DNA of 64,000 bases from positions 1 through 64,000 of the forward strand of contig CAVXJS010000022.1 in assembly GCA_963762145.1 (NCBI GenBank), given 5' to 3'. Below the pieces are notes generated by a model. That model was not told the origin of the DNA, ran no database searches, and saw only the letters and a program-made list of their open reading frames with translations. Every line of letters begins with the position of its first letter. Position 1 is the stretch's first letter. Source of the stretch: an uncultured Candidatus Rokubacteria bacterium (lineage in GTDB: Bacteria; Methylomirabilota; Methylomirabilia; Rokubacteriales; CSP1-6). Both the position numbers and the translations under genes were made by a program. Below are positions 31,994 through 42,767 of this stretch, piece after piece.

Positions 31994-32329
31994 ATGAGCA
32001 ACGAGACCGAGTGGCTGCAACACCTCGACGAGCGCAACTACGACGAGGCGCTGGTGGCCGCCGAAGGCGTGATGATGGTGGACTTCTGGGCCGAGTGGTG
32101 CGGGCCCTGTCGGGCCATCGGGCCGGTCCTGGAGGACCTGGCCAAGAATTCGGGCGGCAAGGTGACCCTGGCGAAGGTGAACGTGGACGAGAACCCGGGT
32201 CTGGCCGCCCGCTACGGCATCCGGTCGATCCCGACCGTCCTGTTCGTGAAGGACGGCAAGGTTCGCGACCAGGTGGTGGGCGCGGTCCCGAAGATGCAGA
32301 TCCAGGCCAAGCTGGCCAGCATCGCCTGA
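31994..32329 (+). CDS. trxA: Thioredoxin
   Basis: FWAEWCGPC, IRSIPT; GGAGGA RBS. Confidence 0.95.
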   Translation: MSNETEWLQHLDERNYDEALVAAEGVMMVDFWAEWCGPCRAIGPVLEDLAKNSGGKVTLAKVNVDENPGLAARYGIRSIPTVLFVKDGKVRDQVVGAVPKMQIQAKLASIA

Positions 32330-32342
32330 TCGCGGGGGCGGG

Positions 32343-33288
32343 ATGGCCCGCGTCATCACGGTCGGGGCCGCGCAGCTCGGGCCCATCGCGCGGAACGACG
32401 GCCGGGGCCTGGTCGTCAAGCGCCTCCTGGACCTGCTCGGGCAGGCCCAGGGGCGCGGCTGCGATCTCGTCGTCTTTCCCGAGCTCGCCCTGACCACCTT
32501 CTTCCCGCGCTGGTGGATGGAGGATCCGGCCGAGATCGACGCCTTCTTCGAGCGGGACATGCCCGGTCCCGAGACCCGGCCGCTCTTCGACGAGGCGGCG
32601 CGGCTCGGGATGGCGTTCTGCCTGGGCTATGCCGAGCTCGTGCGGGACGGCGGCGCGCTCCGACGCTACAACACGGCGATCCTGGTGGATCGCGCCGGAC
32701 GCCTCGTGGGCAAGTACCGGAAGGTCCACCTCCCCGGCCATGCCGAGCACGAGCCGTGGCGCCCGTTCCAGCACCTCGAGAAGCGGTACTTCGACGTGGG
32801 CGATCTCGGCTTTCCGGTCTGGCGCACGCTCGGCGGCGTGCTGGGGCCTGTGCATCTGCAATGACCGGCGCTGGCCGGAGACCTATCGCGTGATGGGATT
32901 GCAGGGCGTCGAGATGGTCCTGCTCGGCTACAACACGCCCGCGCACAACCCGCCCGCGCCCGAGCAGGACGCGCTCGGCCCTTTCCACAATCACCTCGTG
33001 ATGCAGGCCGGAGCCTACCAGAACGCGACCTGGGTGGTCGGCGTGGCCAAATGCGGCCGGGAGGAAGGCTGCGATCTGATCGGCCAGAGCGCCATCATCG
33101 CGCCATCCGGCGAGATCGTGGCCCAGGCCGCCACGCTCGGCGACGAGCTCATCACCGCGCGCTGCGATCTCGACCTCACGCGCGTCTACAAGGACACGAT
33201 CTTCAATTTCGCCCGTCACCGCCGTCCCGAGCACTACCGGCTGATCGTGGACCGGGTGGGAGCCAAGCCACCCGAGGAGGGCCGATGA
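32343..33288 (+). CDS. N-carbamoyl-D-amino-acid hydrolase (nitrilase fold), one frameshift
   Basis: FPELALTTFFPRW, YRKVHLPGH, HLEKRYF, ICNDRRWPE, QAGAYQN. Confidence 0.9.
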
Positions 33289-33749
33289 CCGCGGGCGACG
33301 TCTACTTCGAGGACTTCACACCCGGACGGGAGTTCCGCACCGAGGGCATCACGGTCACCGAGGGCCAGATCATCGATTTTGCGATGGCCTTCGATCCCCA
33401 GCCATTCCATCTCAACGTCGAGGCCGCCAAGGCGACGATCTACGAAGGCCTCATCGCGAGCGGCTTCCAGACGATGGCGCTGACGTTCCGGCTCTTCCTG
33501 CAAACCCGCGCGCTGGCCGCCTGCAGCCTGGGCTCGCCGGGCGTGGACGAGGTCCGCTGGCTGCGGCCGGTGCGTCCCGGCGACACGCTGCGGGCGACGG
33601 TGCAGGTGCTGGAGCAGCGGCCGTCCAGCTCGAAGCCCGACCGCGGCATCGTGCGGCTGAACTGGACCACGATCAACCAGCGCAGCGAGCCGGTCCTCAC
33701 CTTGACGAGCCTGCAGCTCGTCCGCCGCCGGCCGACCGCCGGGGCCTGA
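33285..33749 (+). CDS. MaoC-family dehydratase
   Basis: YFEDF, FDPQPFH, LIASGFQT, WLRPVRPGD. Confidence 0.9.
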   Translation: MTAGDVYFEDFTPGREFRTEGITVTEGQIIDFAMAFDPQPFHLNVEAAKATIYEGLIASGFQTMALTFRLFLQTRALAACSLGSPGVDEVRWLRPVRPGDTLRATVQVLEQRPSSSKPDRGIVRLNWTTINQRSEPVLTLTSLQLVRRRPTAGA

Positions 33750-33750
33750 G

Positions 33751-34470
33751 TCAGTCCGCGCAGACCAGCAGCGCGGAAGCGAGCGCGTGGAGCTCGCCGC
33801 TCTCCGATACGATCGCGGACGCGCCGAGCAGGTTCCGGCCATCCGACGCAAAGGGCCAGCCCATCACGATCCACCGCGCGCCGACCTCGAGCGGACGGAT
33901 GAGGCTGACGGTCAGCTGGCTCAGCACCGCCTTGCGCCGGCCGAAGGCCTCGAGCAGCGCGAACCCGGTCGGGCAATCGAGCGCGGCCCAGACGAACTCG
34001 GGGCGCATCGCGCCGTGCTTGTCGAAGAGCGTCGGATCCGGAGCCCAGGGCGCCGCCACCAGGTGCCGACCCGGCAGCGGGCCGGGGAAGATGGCGAGCC
34101 CGTCGCCCCACTCTCGGGCGGGTCCGCAGACGAAGCACTCCGGGAATGCGTGCTCGGTGAATCCCAGGTAGCGCTCGGCGGCCCACTGCGCCTCGGCGAA
34201 CGATGGCGGCGTGGGCGGCTCGATCTGCAGCGTGGCGGGCTCGGCGTGGGCGAGGACGGCCGCGCTCTCGTCGGACAGCATCACGCGCCCGTCCGCGAGC
34301 CGCTCGATCCCGAACGCGCGATCCACCGGGATCGGAGCGTCGAGGCTCACCCGCGCCGGACCGTCCACGTGTCGGCCGAGCAGCCCGGCGACGTACCCGC
34401 CGCTCGCGGTCCTGGGGGAGCCGCGGAAACGCCCCTTCACGACAATGGCCTCGGCCTCGGCGATGTTCAT
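33751..34470 (-). CDS. Double-hotdog thioesterase-like hypothetical protein
   Basis: GGYVAG, HAFPECFVCG, WAALDCP. Confidence 0.7.
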   Translation of the reverse strand: MNIAEAEAIVVKGRFRGSPRTASGGYVAGLLGRHVDGPARVSLDAPIPVDRAFGIERLADGRVMLSDESAAVLAHAEPATLQIEPPTPPSFAEAQWAAERYLGFTEHAFPECFVCGPAREWGDGLAIFPGPLPGRHLVAAPWAPDPTLFDKHGAMRPEFVWAALDCPTGFALLEAFGRRKAVLSQLTVSLIRPLEVGARWIVMGWPFASDGRNLLGASAIVSESGELHALASALLVCAD

Positions 34471-34628
34471 GGCATCCCTCCTCGGGCGCGCTGTGTTCGC
34501 AATCGCGGTGCCAGGGATCCAAGAACACCAAATCAATGCCTTACGAGCCAGCATCGGGCGCTTCGCCCTGGCGGGGTGGGCGAAAATCCGTCGGATTATT
34601 CGATCCGCGATTCGTGGCAGGATGAAGT

Positions 34629-35996
34629 GTGCGCTATCACTTCTCCGGCATCGCCGGCGTCGGGATGAATCCGCTGGCGCGGCTCATGCGGGCCCGGGGC
34701 CACGCCGTGCAGGGCTCCGACCGATCCTTCGATCAGGGCAAGAACGCGCAGGTGGCCGCCGGGCTGGCTGCGCTCGGCATCGTCGTCAAGCCTCAGGACG
34801 GCTCCGCGGTGACCGCGGATCTCGACCGCTTCGTGTATTCCACCGCGGTGGAAGCGGAGACGCCGGAGGTCCGCGCCGCCCGCGCGCTCGGGCTCGAGCG
34901 CGTTCCGCGCCCGGCGCTGCTGGCCGAGGTGGTCGATGCGGGACGGCCGGGCGTCGCCATCGCCGGGACCAGCGGCAAGAGCACGATCACCGGCATGGTG
35001 GGCTGGCTCACCCGGGAGGCGGGATTGGCCGCCACCGTGCTGGGGGGCGCCGCGCTCGCCGGCGATGGAACCAGCGGCTGCTTCCTGCCGGGCCCGGTGG
35101 ACGGCCCGGTGGCCGCGGAGGCCTGCGAGTCCGACGGCACGCTGACCGGCTACCACGCCGCGCTCGGGCTCATTCACAACATCAGCCGCGATCACGGCGA
35201 AGTGGACGCGCTGATGCCCCAGTTCGAGGCCTTCGCCAAGCGCTCCGGCCGGCTGCTGGTCAACAGCGCGTCGCCCGAGGCGGTCACGCTGGGCCGCGCG
35301 GTGGGCGCACGCACCTATGGCGCGGGACCGAATGCCGACACCCCCCTCGAGGTCACGAGCACGGGTCCTCATCGCGCGCGCGGGATCCTGCGCCTCCCGG
35401 CGGGGCCGCTCGTCCTCGACGTGCCTCAGCCCGGCCTCCACAACCTGGAGAACGCGGCCGCCGCCGCGCTGATCGCGCTCGACCTGGGCATCGCCCCGGC
35501 GACGGTGGCGGCCCTGCTCGCCCGCTTCCCAGGCGTCGCGCGCCGCTTCGAGGTGATCGGCGTGACCGCGTCGGGCATCCGGGTGGTGGACGACTACGCG
35601 CACAACGGGGAGAAGCTGCGCGCGGCGATCACCGCGGCCCAGGCCGGCGCGGCGCGCGTCCTGGCGGTCTTCCAGCCCCACGGCTTCGGGCCCGCCCGCT
35701 TCCTGCGGCCGGAGCTGCGAGAGCTGATGCCGCGGCTGCTTCGGCCCGTGGACCGCCTCTGCTACGCGGAGATCTTCTACGCCGGCGGCACCGTGGCAAG
35801 GACATCTCGAGCCGTATGCTCGCCGCCGACCTGCCGGCCGCCCTGGGCTGCGGGTACGCGTCGAGACCATCCGGCGGTGGTCGACTGGATCCGGGCGGAG
35901 GCCCGGCCGGGCGACACCGTCCTGATCATGGGAGCCCGGGACCCGGAGCTCCCGGGCCTGGCCCGGGCCGCGTACCACGCGCTCGCGACCGCCTGA
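34629..35996 (+). CDS. MurC/Mpl-like Mur ligase (local compensating indels near 3' end)
   Basis: HFSGIAGVGM, AGTSGKSTIT, EACESDG, PGLHNLEN, GVARRF, DDYAHN, VFQPH. Confidence 0.85.
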   Translation: MRYHFSGIAGVGMNPLARLMRARGHAVQGSDRSFDQGKNAQVAAGLAALGIVVKPQDGSAVTADLDRFVYSTAVEAETPEVRAARALGLERVPRPALLAEVVDAGRPGVAIAGTSGKSTITGMVGWLTREAGLAATVLGGAALAGDGTSGCFLPGPVDGPVAAEACESDGTLTGYHAALGLIHNISRDHGEVDALMPQFEAFAKRSGRLLVNSASPEAVTLGRAVGARTYGAGPNADTPLEVTSTGPHRARGILRLPAGPLVLDVPQPGLHNLENAAAAALIALDLGIAPATVAALLARFPGVARRFEVIGVTASGIRVVDDYAHNGEKLRAAITAAQAGAARVLAVFQPHGFGPARFLRPELRELMPRLLRPVDRLCYAEIFYAGGTVARTSRAVCSPPTCRPPWAAGTRRDHPAVVDWIRAEARPGDTVLIMGARDPELPGLARAAYHALATA

Positions 35997-36038
35997 TCCG
36001 CCCCTCCCGCCCCCCCCGAAGTCGTCCGGCTGCATCCT

Positions 36039-36052
36039 TTAGGGTACCCTAA
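36039..36052. promoter_or_regulatory. Perfect 14-bp palindrome upstream of ahpC (operator candidate)
   Basis: TTAGGGTACCCTAA, with related TAGGGAAACC at 36063. Confidence 0.5.
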
Positions 36053-36117
36053 TCATCTGAAGTAGGGAAACCGAACCCATACGCGCCCCCGCGGCGCGCA
36101 AGAAAAGGAGCCAAGTC

Positions 36118-36657
36118 ATGTTGACGATCGGAGACCGTCTGCCCGAGTTCGACCTCCAGGCCGCCGTCAGCCTCGACCGAGGCAAGGAATTCACCCAGAT
36201 CAGCAACCGCAGCTATCCCGGCCAGTGGCTGGTGCTCTTCTCCTGGCCCATGGACTTCACCTTCGTCTGTCCCACCGAGATCGCCGAGTTCGGCAGGCGG
36301 AACGGGGATTTCCGTGACCGCGACGCCCAGGTGCTCGGCATGAGCACCGACACGCACTTCGTCCACCTCGCGTGGCGGCGCGATCACCCGGATCTCAAGA
36401 CCCTGCCCTTCCCCATGCTGGCCGACACCAAGCGCGAGCTCTCGACCGCGCTCGGCATCCTGCACCAGGGCGAGGGCGTGCCGCTGCGGGCCACCTTCAT
36501 CGTGGACCCGCAGGGCATCATCCGCTGGGCCAGCGTGAACGACCTGTCGGTCGGCCGCAACGTCGACGAGGTCGTGCGAGTGCTGGATGCGCTCCAGACC
36601 GGCGAGCTCTGCCCGTGCAACTGGAAGGCGGGCGAAGCCACGCTGCAGGTGGCGTGA
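36118..36657 (+). CDS. ahpC: Alkyl hydroperoxide reductase C (2-Cys peroxiredoxin)
   Basis: DFTFVCPTEI, GRNVDE, ELCPCNW; AAGGAG RBS. Confidence 0.95.
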   Translation: MLTIGDRLPEFDLQAAVSLDRGKEFTQISNRSYPGQWLVLFSWPMDFTFVCPTEIAEFGRRNGDFRDRDAQVLGMSTDTHFVHLAWRRDHPDLKTLPFPMLADTKRELSTALGILHQGEGVPLRATFIVDPQGIIRWASVNDLSVGRNVDEVVRVLDALQTGELCPCNWKAGEATLQVA

Positions 36658-36658
36658 G

Positions 36659-37211
36659 ATGGACGCGCTCGAGCAGCTTCGCGGAGCGATTCCCGACGCG
36701 GCCAAGGACATCCGCCTGAACCTGCAGGCGGTGCTGCGCGGGGAGCGCCTCGGAGGCTCAGCGCTGGGGCGTGGCGGCGGCCGCGGCGGTCGCCGCCCGC
36801 CACGCGCCGCTCCGGGACGCGGTGGTCGCCGCGGCCCTCACCGCAGCCGGGGCCGACGTGGTGGAGGACGCCCGGGCGGCCGCGGCGCTCATGGCGATGA
36901 ACAATGTCTACTACCGCTTCCGCCACATGGTCGGGAAGCCGATCTACGGTGAGAAGCCGGCCGGGCTCCGGATGAACCGGCTCGCGCAGCCCGCGACCAA
37001 CAGGACCGACTTCGAGCTCATGGCCCTGGCGGTGAGCGCGATCAACGGCTGCGAGATATGCGTGCGCGCGCACGAGAAGACGGTGACCGACGGCGGGCTC
37101 ACGCCCGACCACGTCAACGACGCGGTGCGGATCGCCGCGACGATCTACGCAGCGGCGGTGGCGCTGGAGTCGGGCGCGGCGGCGCTGGAGCCTTCGGCCC
37201 CGGGCGTCTAG
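36659..37211 (+). CDS. ahpD: Alkylhydroperoxidase AhpD, frameshift near 5' end
   Basis: PDAAKDIRLNL, MAMNNVYYRF, AVSAINGCEICVRAHE. Confidence 0.92.
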
Positions 37212-37221
37212 CCCGAGGCGC

Positions 37222-39251
37222 TCAGCGCAGCGGGTGCGACGGGGCCGCGTCCTGCACGAGGCGCAGGGCGCGCTCCGCCTCCTCGATGGCGCGGCGGGCC
37301 TGGGTCAGCGCGAGCAGCGGGAAGTAGTTCCGGTAGAGCGTGTAGCGCAGGTAGAACACGTTGGGGAAGCCGGTGCCGGTGGCCAGGTGCTCGTCCCAGG
37401 TCCCGTCCGGCTTCTGGGTGTCCGACCAGGTACTCGATGCCCGCGGACGAGGCGCCTCGGTATCGCCCTCGCCGGCCGCGATCAGGCCGAGCAGCGCCCA
37501 CGCGGTCTGCGAGGCGGTGCTCGGCGCGGGCACGAAGCGGCCCTCGTCGTAGCTGGCGCAGCTCTCGCCCCAGCCGCCGTCCGCGTTCTGCACCGAGCGG
37601 AGCCACTCGCCCGCCTTGCGCACCGCCTTGGAGGCGCTCGCGATCGCTCGGCGGCCCGCGAGGCCGCGCAGCGCGAGGAAGGTGCCGTAGAGGTAGTTGA
37701 CGCCCCAGCGCCCGTACCAGCTGCCGTCGCGCTCCTGCGTACTCGAGGAGGAAGCCCGACGCCCTGCTCGATCGGCGGGATGCCGCGAGCTCGAAGCCGT
37801 GGCGGCACAGCGCCTCGAGCACGCGGCCGGTGATGTCCGGGCAGGACGGGTCGAGCATCGCGTTGTGGTCGGCGAACGGGACGCGGTTCAGGAATGCCCA
37901 GTTGTTGTCGGCGTCGAAGGCGGCCCAGCCGCCGTCGCTCGACTGCATGGCGACGAGCCAGGTCACCGCGCGCCGCTCGCACCGCTGCCTGCGCGGCCGG
38001 ATCGGACGCCTCGGCGTGCTGCAGGGCCAGCAGCACCATCGCGGTGTCGTCGATGTCGGGATAGAACTCGTTGGCGAACTCGAAGGACCAGCCGGACGGC
38101 TCGAGATCCGGGCGCTTCACCGACCAGTCGCCCTTGCGCCGGACTTCCTTGGCGAGCAGCCAGTCGGCGCCGCGCCGCATCGCGGCGGGCGCCACCGCGC
38201 CCATCTCCCCGAGCGCGAACGCCGCGATGGCGGTGTCCCACACCGGCGAGAAGCAGGGCTGGAAATAGAAGCGCGTCGGCGCGTCTCGATCAGCAGGCCG
38301 TCGAACTGGCGGATGGCCTCGACGAGGTCGGGATGGTCGCGCGCGTAGCCGAGCGACATCCAGCGCCATGATCAGGTACATCATCGACGGGTAGATCGCG
38401 CCGAGCCCGTCGCTGTTCCGCGTGTGATCCAGGACCCACTTCTCGGCCTCGCGGATCGCGGGCCGCCGGATCATCTCCGGCCCGCGCATCGCCCACATCT
38501 TGAGCGCGATGTCGAGCTGGCGGAACAGCGCGGAGAGCCGGTCGCGCTTCGGCAGCTTGAAGCTCTTGCCCGGCACCTCCAGCTCGTCCAGGGTGAAGCC
38601 CGCCGGCACGGGGCGCGTGTCCGTCTTGGCCTGGATGATGGTCAGCGGCATGACGATCGCGCGCGTCCAGGACGACATCTCGTAGATGAGCCCGCCCGGC
38701 AGCAGGACCAGCTCCACCGGGACCGTGGGCACGTGGCGCTGCGGATACAGGCCGAAGAGGCTCAGGTTGATCCGGACGTAGCTGTTCGCCTCCTGGATGC
38801 CGCCCAGGTTGAGGATCGCGTCGCGCGCCCGCTGCATCGGCTCGCGGTTGGCTCCGAGCCCCGCGAGCTTGAGGGCCATGTACGCCTTGATGGTGGCGTT
38901 GACGTCGGCGGGGCCGTCCGGGTAGATGTTGAAGCCGCCGTCCGACTTCTGCCGCGCCAGGATGGCCTCGCGCGCCCGCTGGATGCGGTCCCACGAGGGC
39001 GGCTTCCACTCTCCGTCCCGCGGCGGGTGCAGCCAGAGCTGCAGCAGCACGTAGTCGGACTCGAGCGTGGAGTCGGCGAGGAGATCGCCCACCCAGTAGC
39101 CCTCGGGCTTCTGCATCGCCAGCAGGGCGGGCGCGGTGCGCGCGCAGGCGGCCGCGGCGGCCTCCGCGAGGGCCACGCGATTCTCCGCGTGCGCCTCCGC
39201 CTGGTAGGTCGCCCGGGCCGGCAGCGGCTCGAACCACGGAGACGACGACAT
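37222..39251 (-). CDS. shc: Squalene-hopene cyclase, frameshifted
   Basis: SPVWDT, YPDIDDTA (DxDD), QW repeats (QSSDGGW, QNADGGWGE), TGTGFP. Confidence 0.93.
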
Positions 39252-39269
39252 GGCAGCCAGTCTACACGA

Positions 39270-40073
39270 TCAGGGCCCGTCCTCCATGCGACTGAGAGGC
39301 GAGGTGATGGTGAGCCCGCCGTCGATGACGATGCACTGCCCGGTCAGGAACGACGCGGCGTCCGAGACCAGGTAGGCCACCAGGCCCGCCACGTCTTCGG
39401 GCGTCCCGTGCCGGCGCACCGGGGTGGCCGCGAGGAGGCGCGCGGTGGCCCGCTCGTAGTCGAGCCCGAGTCCCTGGGTGACGTAGTAGGTGGACGAATC
39501 GGTCGTGACGAAGCCCGGGGTCACCGCGTTCACCGTGATGCCGAGCGGCCCCAGCTCCAGCGCAAGACCGCGCACCAGGCTCTCGGCGGCGGCCTTCGCC
39601 GCGCCCAGCACGCCGTGTCCGCCCATGGCCTGGAAGCTGTCGATGCCGGAGATCAGCACGATGCGCCCGGGCCCGCCCTGCATCAGCGGGACCGCCGCCT
39701 GCGTCATCGCCACGAAGGCGTCCACCGAGATCGCAAAGGTGCGGCGGACATTGTGCGGCTTCTGCTCCAGCATCGGCCGGAACGCGGTCGCGGCCGCATT
39801 CGCCACCAGCACGTCCACGCGTCCGAGCGCGGCGCCGATCCGCTCGAAGACCGGCGCGACCTGCTCCGGCTCGGCGAGCTCGAGGCGCTCCGCGATCGCG
39901 CGCACGCCCAGCGCCTCGAGCTCGGCCACCGTCTGGAGCGCGGCGGGGGCATCTTTCCGGTAAATAATCGCGCAGTGCGCACCGTCCCGGGCGAGCCGGA
40001 GCGCGATGCCGCGGCCGATGCCGCGCGAGCCGCCGGTGATGACGGCCACCCGCCCTTCGAGCGGGCGGCTCAC
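39270..40073 (-). CDS. SDR oxidoreductase (FabL-like enoyl-ACP reductase)
   Basis: TGGSRGIG, VANAAATAFRP, AAKAA, IDGG. Confidence 0.85.
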   Translation of the reverse strand: MSRPLEGRVAVITGGSRGIGRGIALRLARDGAHCAIIYRKDAPAALQTVAELEALGVRAIAERLELAEPEQVAPVFERIGAALGRVDVLVANAAATAFRPMLEQKPHNVRRTFAISVDAFVAMTQAAVPLMQGGPGRIVLISGIDSFQAMGGHGVLGAAKAAAESLVRGLALELGPLGITVNAVTPGFVTTDSSTYYVTQGLGLDYERATARLLAATPVRRHGTPEDVAGLVAYLVSDAASFLTGQCIVIDGGLTITSPLSRMEDGP

Positions 40074-41074
40074 GCTCGGGAGCCGAGACGCCGCAGGATC
40101 GCCTCCGCCTGATCCACGATCGACGCCATCACGTCGGCGACCGGCCGCACGTCGTGCACGAGGCCCGCCGACTGGCCGGCCGCCGCGCTGCCGTGCTCGA
40201 CGTCGCCCTCCTCGCGCGCGCGAATCGCCGCGGGCTTGCCGACGCGCTCGTACTGCACGGGAAAGGGCTGGATCTCGGCCTGCCGGCTCTCCCACTCGCG
40301 GGTGAAGGCGTTCCGGATCTGGCGATTGGGCTTGCCGGACACCGCGCGAGTCACCACCGTTCCTTCTTCATCAGTGGCCGCGATCTTCTGCTTGTAGTTG
40401 TCGTGGCCGTACGCTTCGCGCGTGGCGATGAAGCGCGTGCCCATCCAGACGCCGGCGGCTCCCAGGGCGAGCGCGGCCACCAGCCCGCGCCCGTCGGCCA
40501 GCCCGCCCGCCGCGACCACCAGGCGCGGCGCCACCGCGTCCACCACCGCGGGCGTGAGCACGACCCCGCCGACGCGCCCGGTGTGGCCGCCGCCCTCGTG
40601 CCCCTGCGCGATGATCACGTCCACGTCGTTGGCCGCGTGATCGCGCGCCTGCTTCACGTTGCCGCAGAGGGCCATCACGGTGATGCCGAGGCGGTGCGCC
40701 TCCGCGGTCACCGGCCCCGGGTTGCCCAGTCCCGCGATCAGCACCGGCACCCGCTCCTCCAGCGTCACGTCGATCCAGCCCTTCACGGAATCGGTGAAGC
40801 GCTCCGTCTCCTGTCCGCTGGTCCGCACGCTCGCGAAGAGGATGTCGACCCCGAAGGGCTTGTCGGTGAGATCGCGCACGCGGTGGATCTCTTCCCGCAG
40901 ATCCTTCGCGCTGCCGTGCGCGGCCGCGATGACGCCCAGCCCGCCCGCCGCGGAGACCGCGGCCGCGAGCTGCGCGCGGGCCACGAAGGCCATGCCGGCC
41001 TGGCAGATCGGGTAGCGGATGCCGAGGCGCTCGCAGAGGGGCGTGTGCAGGGCGCTACGCGTCGCGGTGGTCAT
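40070..41074 (-). CDS. Nitronate monooxygenase/FabK-family flavoprotein
   Basis: AVSAAGGLG, AQGHEGGGHTG, AAGGLADGRG, MGTRF. Confidence 0.9.
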   Translation of the reverse strand: MTTATRSALHTPLCERLGIRYPICQAGMAFVARAQLAAAVSAAGGLGVIAAAHGSAKDLREEIHRVRDLTDKPFGVDILFASVRTSGQETERFTDSVKGWIDVTLEERVPVLIAGLGNPGPVTAEAHRLGITVMALCGNVKQARDHAANDVDVIIAQGHEGGGHTGRVGGVVLTPAVVDAVAPRLVVAAGGLADGRGLVAALALGAAGVWMGTRFIATREAYGHDNYKQKIAATDEEGTVVTRAVSGKPNRQIRNAFTREWESRQAEIQPFPVQYERVGKPAAIRAREEGDVEHGSAAAGQSAGLVHDVRPVADVMASIVDQAEAILRRLGSRA

Positions 41075-41098
41075 GCCGGCTCACCTCGAGGAAAGGGT

Positions 41099-41185
41099 TG
41101 GTGCCGGAGGCGGGACTCGAACCCGCAGGCCCTTGCGAGCACCGCATTTTGAGTGCGGCGCGTTTGCCAATTTCGCCACTCCGGC
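41099..41185 (-). tRNA. tRNA-Leu(CAA)
   Basis: Revcomp GCCGGAGTGGCGAAATTGGCAAACGCGCCGCACTCAAAATGCGGTGCTCGCAAGGGCCTGCGGGTTCGAGTCCCGCCTCCGGCACCA; long variable arm. Confidence 0.96.
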
Positions 41186-41202
41186 AAACCCAGGGTCCCA
41201 TT

Positions 41203-42018
41203 CTAGCGTGTTCCCGTCAGCCGAAGAAACGGCTCAGATCGTGCCCTCTTGCGCGCCAAGCACGGAACCGACGGTGCGTAGTAGAGCCAGGGCAACAATC
41301 GGCTGGATTCTCGTCGAGCGTAGCGCAGCACCCAGTAGGGCCGTCCCGAACGTGACACTCTCTCCGAGATCGACCCGCGGATGTCAATGAGTCGGAACAG
41401 GGTGGCTCTGAACCAATCGACAAACAGTCGACTCGCGGACACGAGGGTGACATACAGACGTTCATAGACGTACCGTGGATCCTTGCCGCAGTGGTAACGA
41501 TCCACGTACACAACGATGGATCCATCGCCATCGATGCATCCACGCGCGAAGTCCGCGAAGTACTGATCCGGGATGGCGAGTAGCCCGATGGATCTGCTCT
41601 TTGCGGGCGAGAGACCAATGCTTTCGATCCACCTGTAGAAGCACCGATCACTCCACTGGACCCGGTGGCATCGACCTCGGGACCCCACCTGCCTCACAGG
41701 TCCTTGAAGCGCCAGACATGCCCGCAGCACATCAAGAAGATCCGGATCCGCGGAGGTCACCGTGAGATGCCGACCATCCTTGGAGAGATTTCCGTCGGTG
41801 GCGAGCAGACCGATCGCGTAGGCGAGCTCGCTCGTCCAACCGTCGATAGCACGCTCACGCGGTCGCGGACCGCGCGAGCGGGGATCGAGACCGTGAGAGC
41901 GAAGCCGACGACGGATGGTCGTTGCACTGCTGCCGAGTCGCTGCGCGATGTCCTCCGCGGTGAAGCGCTGGTCTCCGTATAGCCTCGCGAGCTCCTTCGC
42001 ATCGATCGTCGGCTTCAC
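41203..42018 (-). CDS. Free-standing HTH + double LAGLIDADG endonuclease-like protein
   Basis: HTH TAEDIAQRLGSSATTIRRRL; motifs LAYAIGLLATDG and FARGCIDGDG; codon usage differs from neighbours. Confidence 0.85.
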   Translation of the reverse strand: MKPTIDAKELARLYGDQRFTAEDIAQRLGSSATTIRRRLRSHGLDPRSRGPRPRERAIDGWTSELAYAIGLLATDGNLSKDGRHLTVTSADPDLLDVLRACLALQGPVRQVGSRGRCHRVQWSDRCFYRWIESIGLSPAKSRSIGLLAIPDQYFADFARGCIDGDGSIVVYVDRYHCGKDPRYVYERLYVTLVSASRLFVDWFRATLFRLIDIRGSISERVSRSGRPYWVLRYARRESSRLLPWLYYAPSVPCLARKRARSEPFLRLTGTR

Positions 42019-42101
42019 CAGGACACCGTCGCCCTCTTGTTCGTTCTCGTCAACGTGTCGCCTTGCGGACCCGGCGCTGTTCCGGTTACCCGGCCTGGTG
42101 T

Positions 42102-42130
42102 AGGCTAAGTGCTGCTCAACCCTTTGTCGA
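42102..42130 (-). promoter_or_regulatory. sigma70 promoter reading into LAGLIDADG-tRNA-Leu
   Basis: TCGACA-17 nt-TAGCCT on the minus strand. Confidence 0.5.
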
Positions 42131-42170
42131 TAGGCTCTCTCATCTGCAACCCATAACCCGGAGGTGGCCC

Positions 42171-42702
<532 letters not shown>

Positions 42703-42726
42703 GCACGTGCGCAAGTATCGTCAATC

Positions 42727-42755
42727 TTGACAAAAGAACGCACGCTCAGTAAGCT
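42727..42755 (+). promoter_or_regulatory. sigma70 promoter of tRNA-Ala
   Basis: TTGACA-17 nt-TAAGCT. Confidence 0.75.
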
Positions 42756-42767
42756 GGGCGACGCGGT

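Noticed and set aside
41203-42018. whiA or intein-encoded endonuclease
   Set aside because: The HTH is N-terminal (it is C-terminal in WhiA), and there are no intein splice residues or host extein.
42035-42055. LexA-like box (GAACGAAC) upstream of the LAGLIDADG gene
   Set aside because: It matches neither GAAC-N4-GTTC nor GAAC-N7-GAAC spacing.
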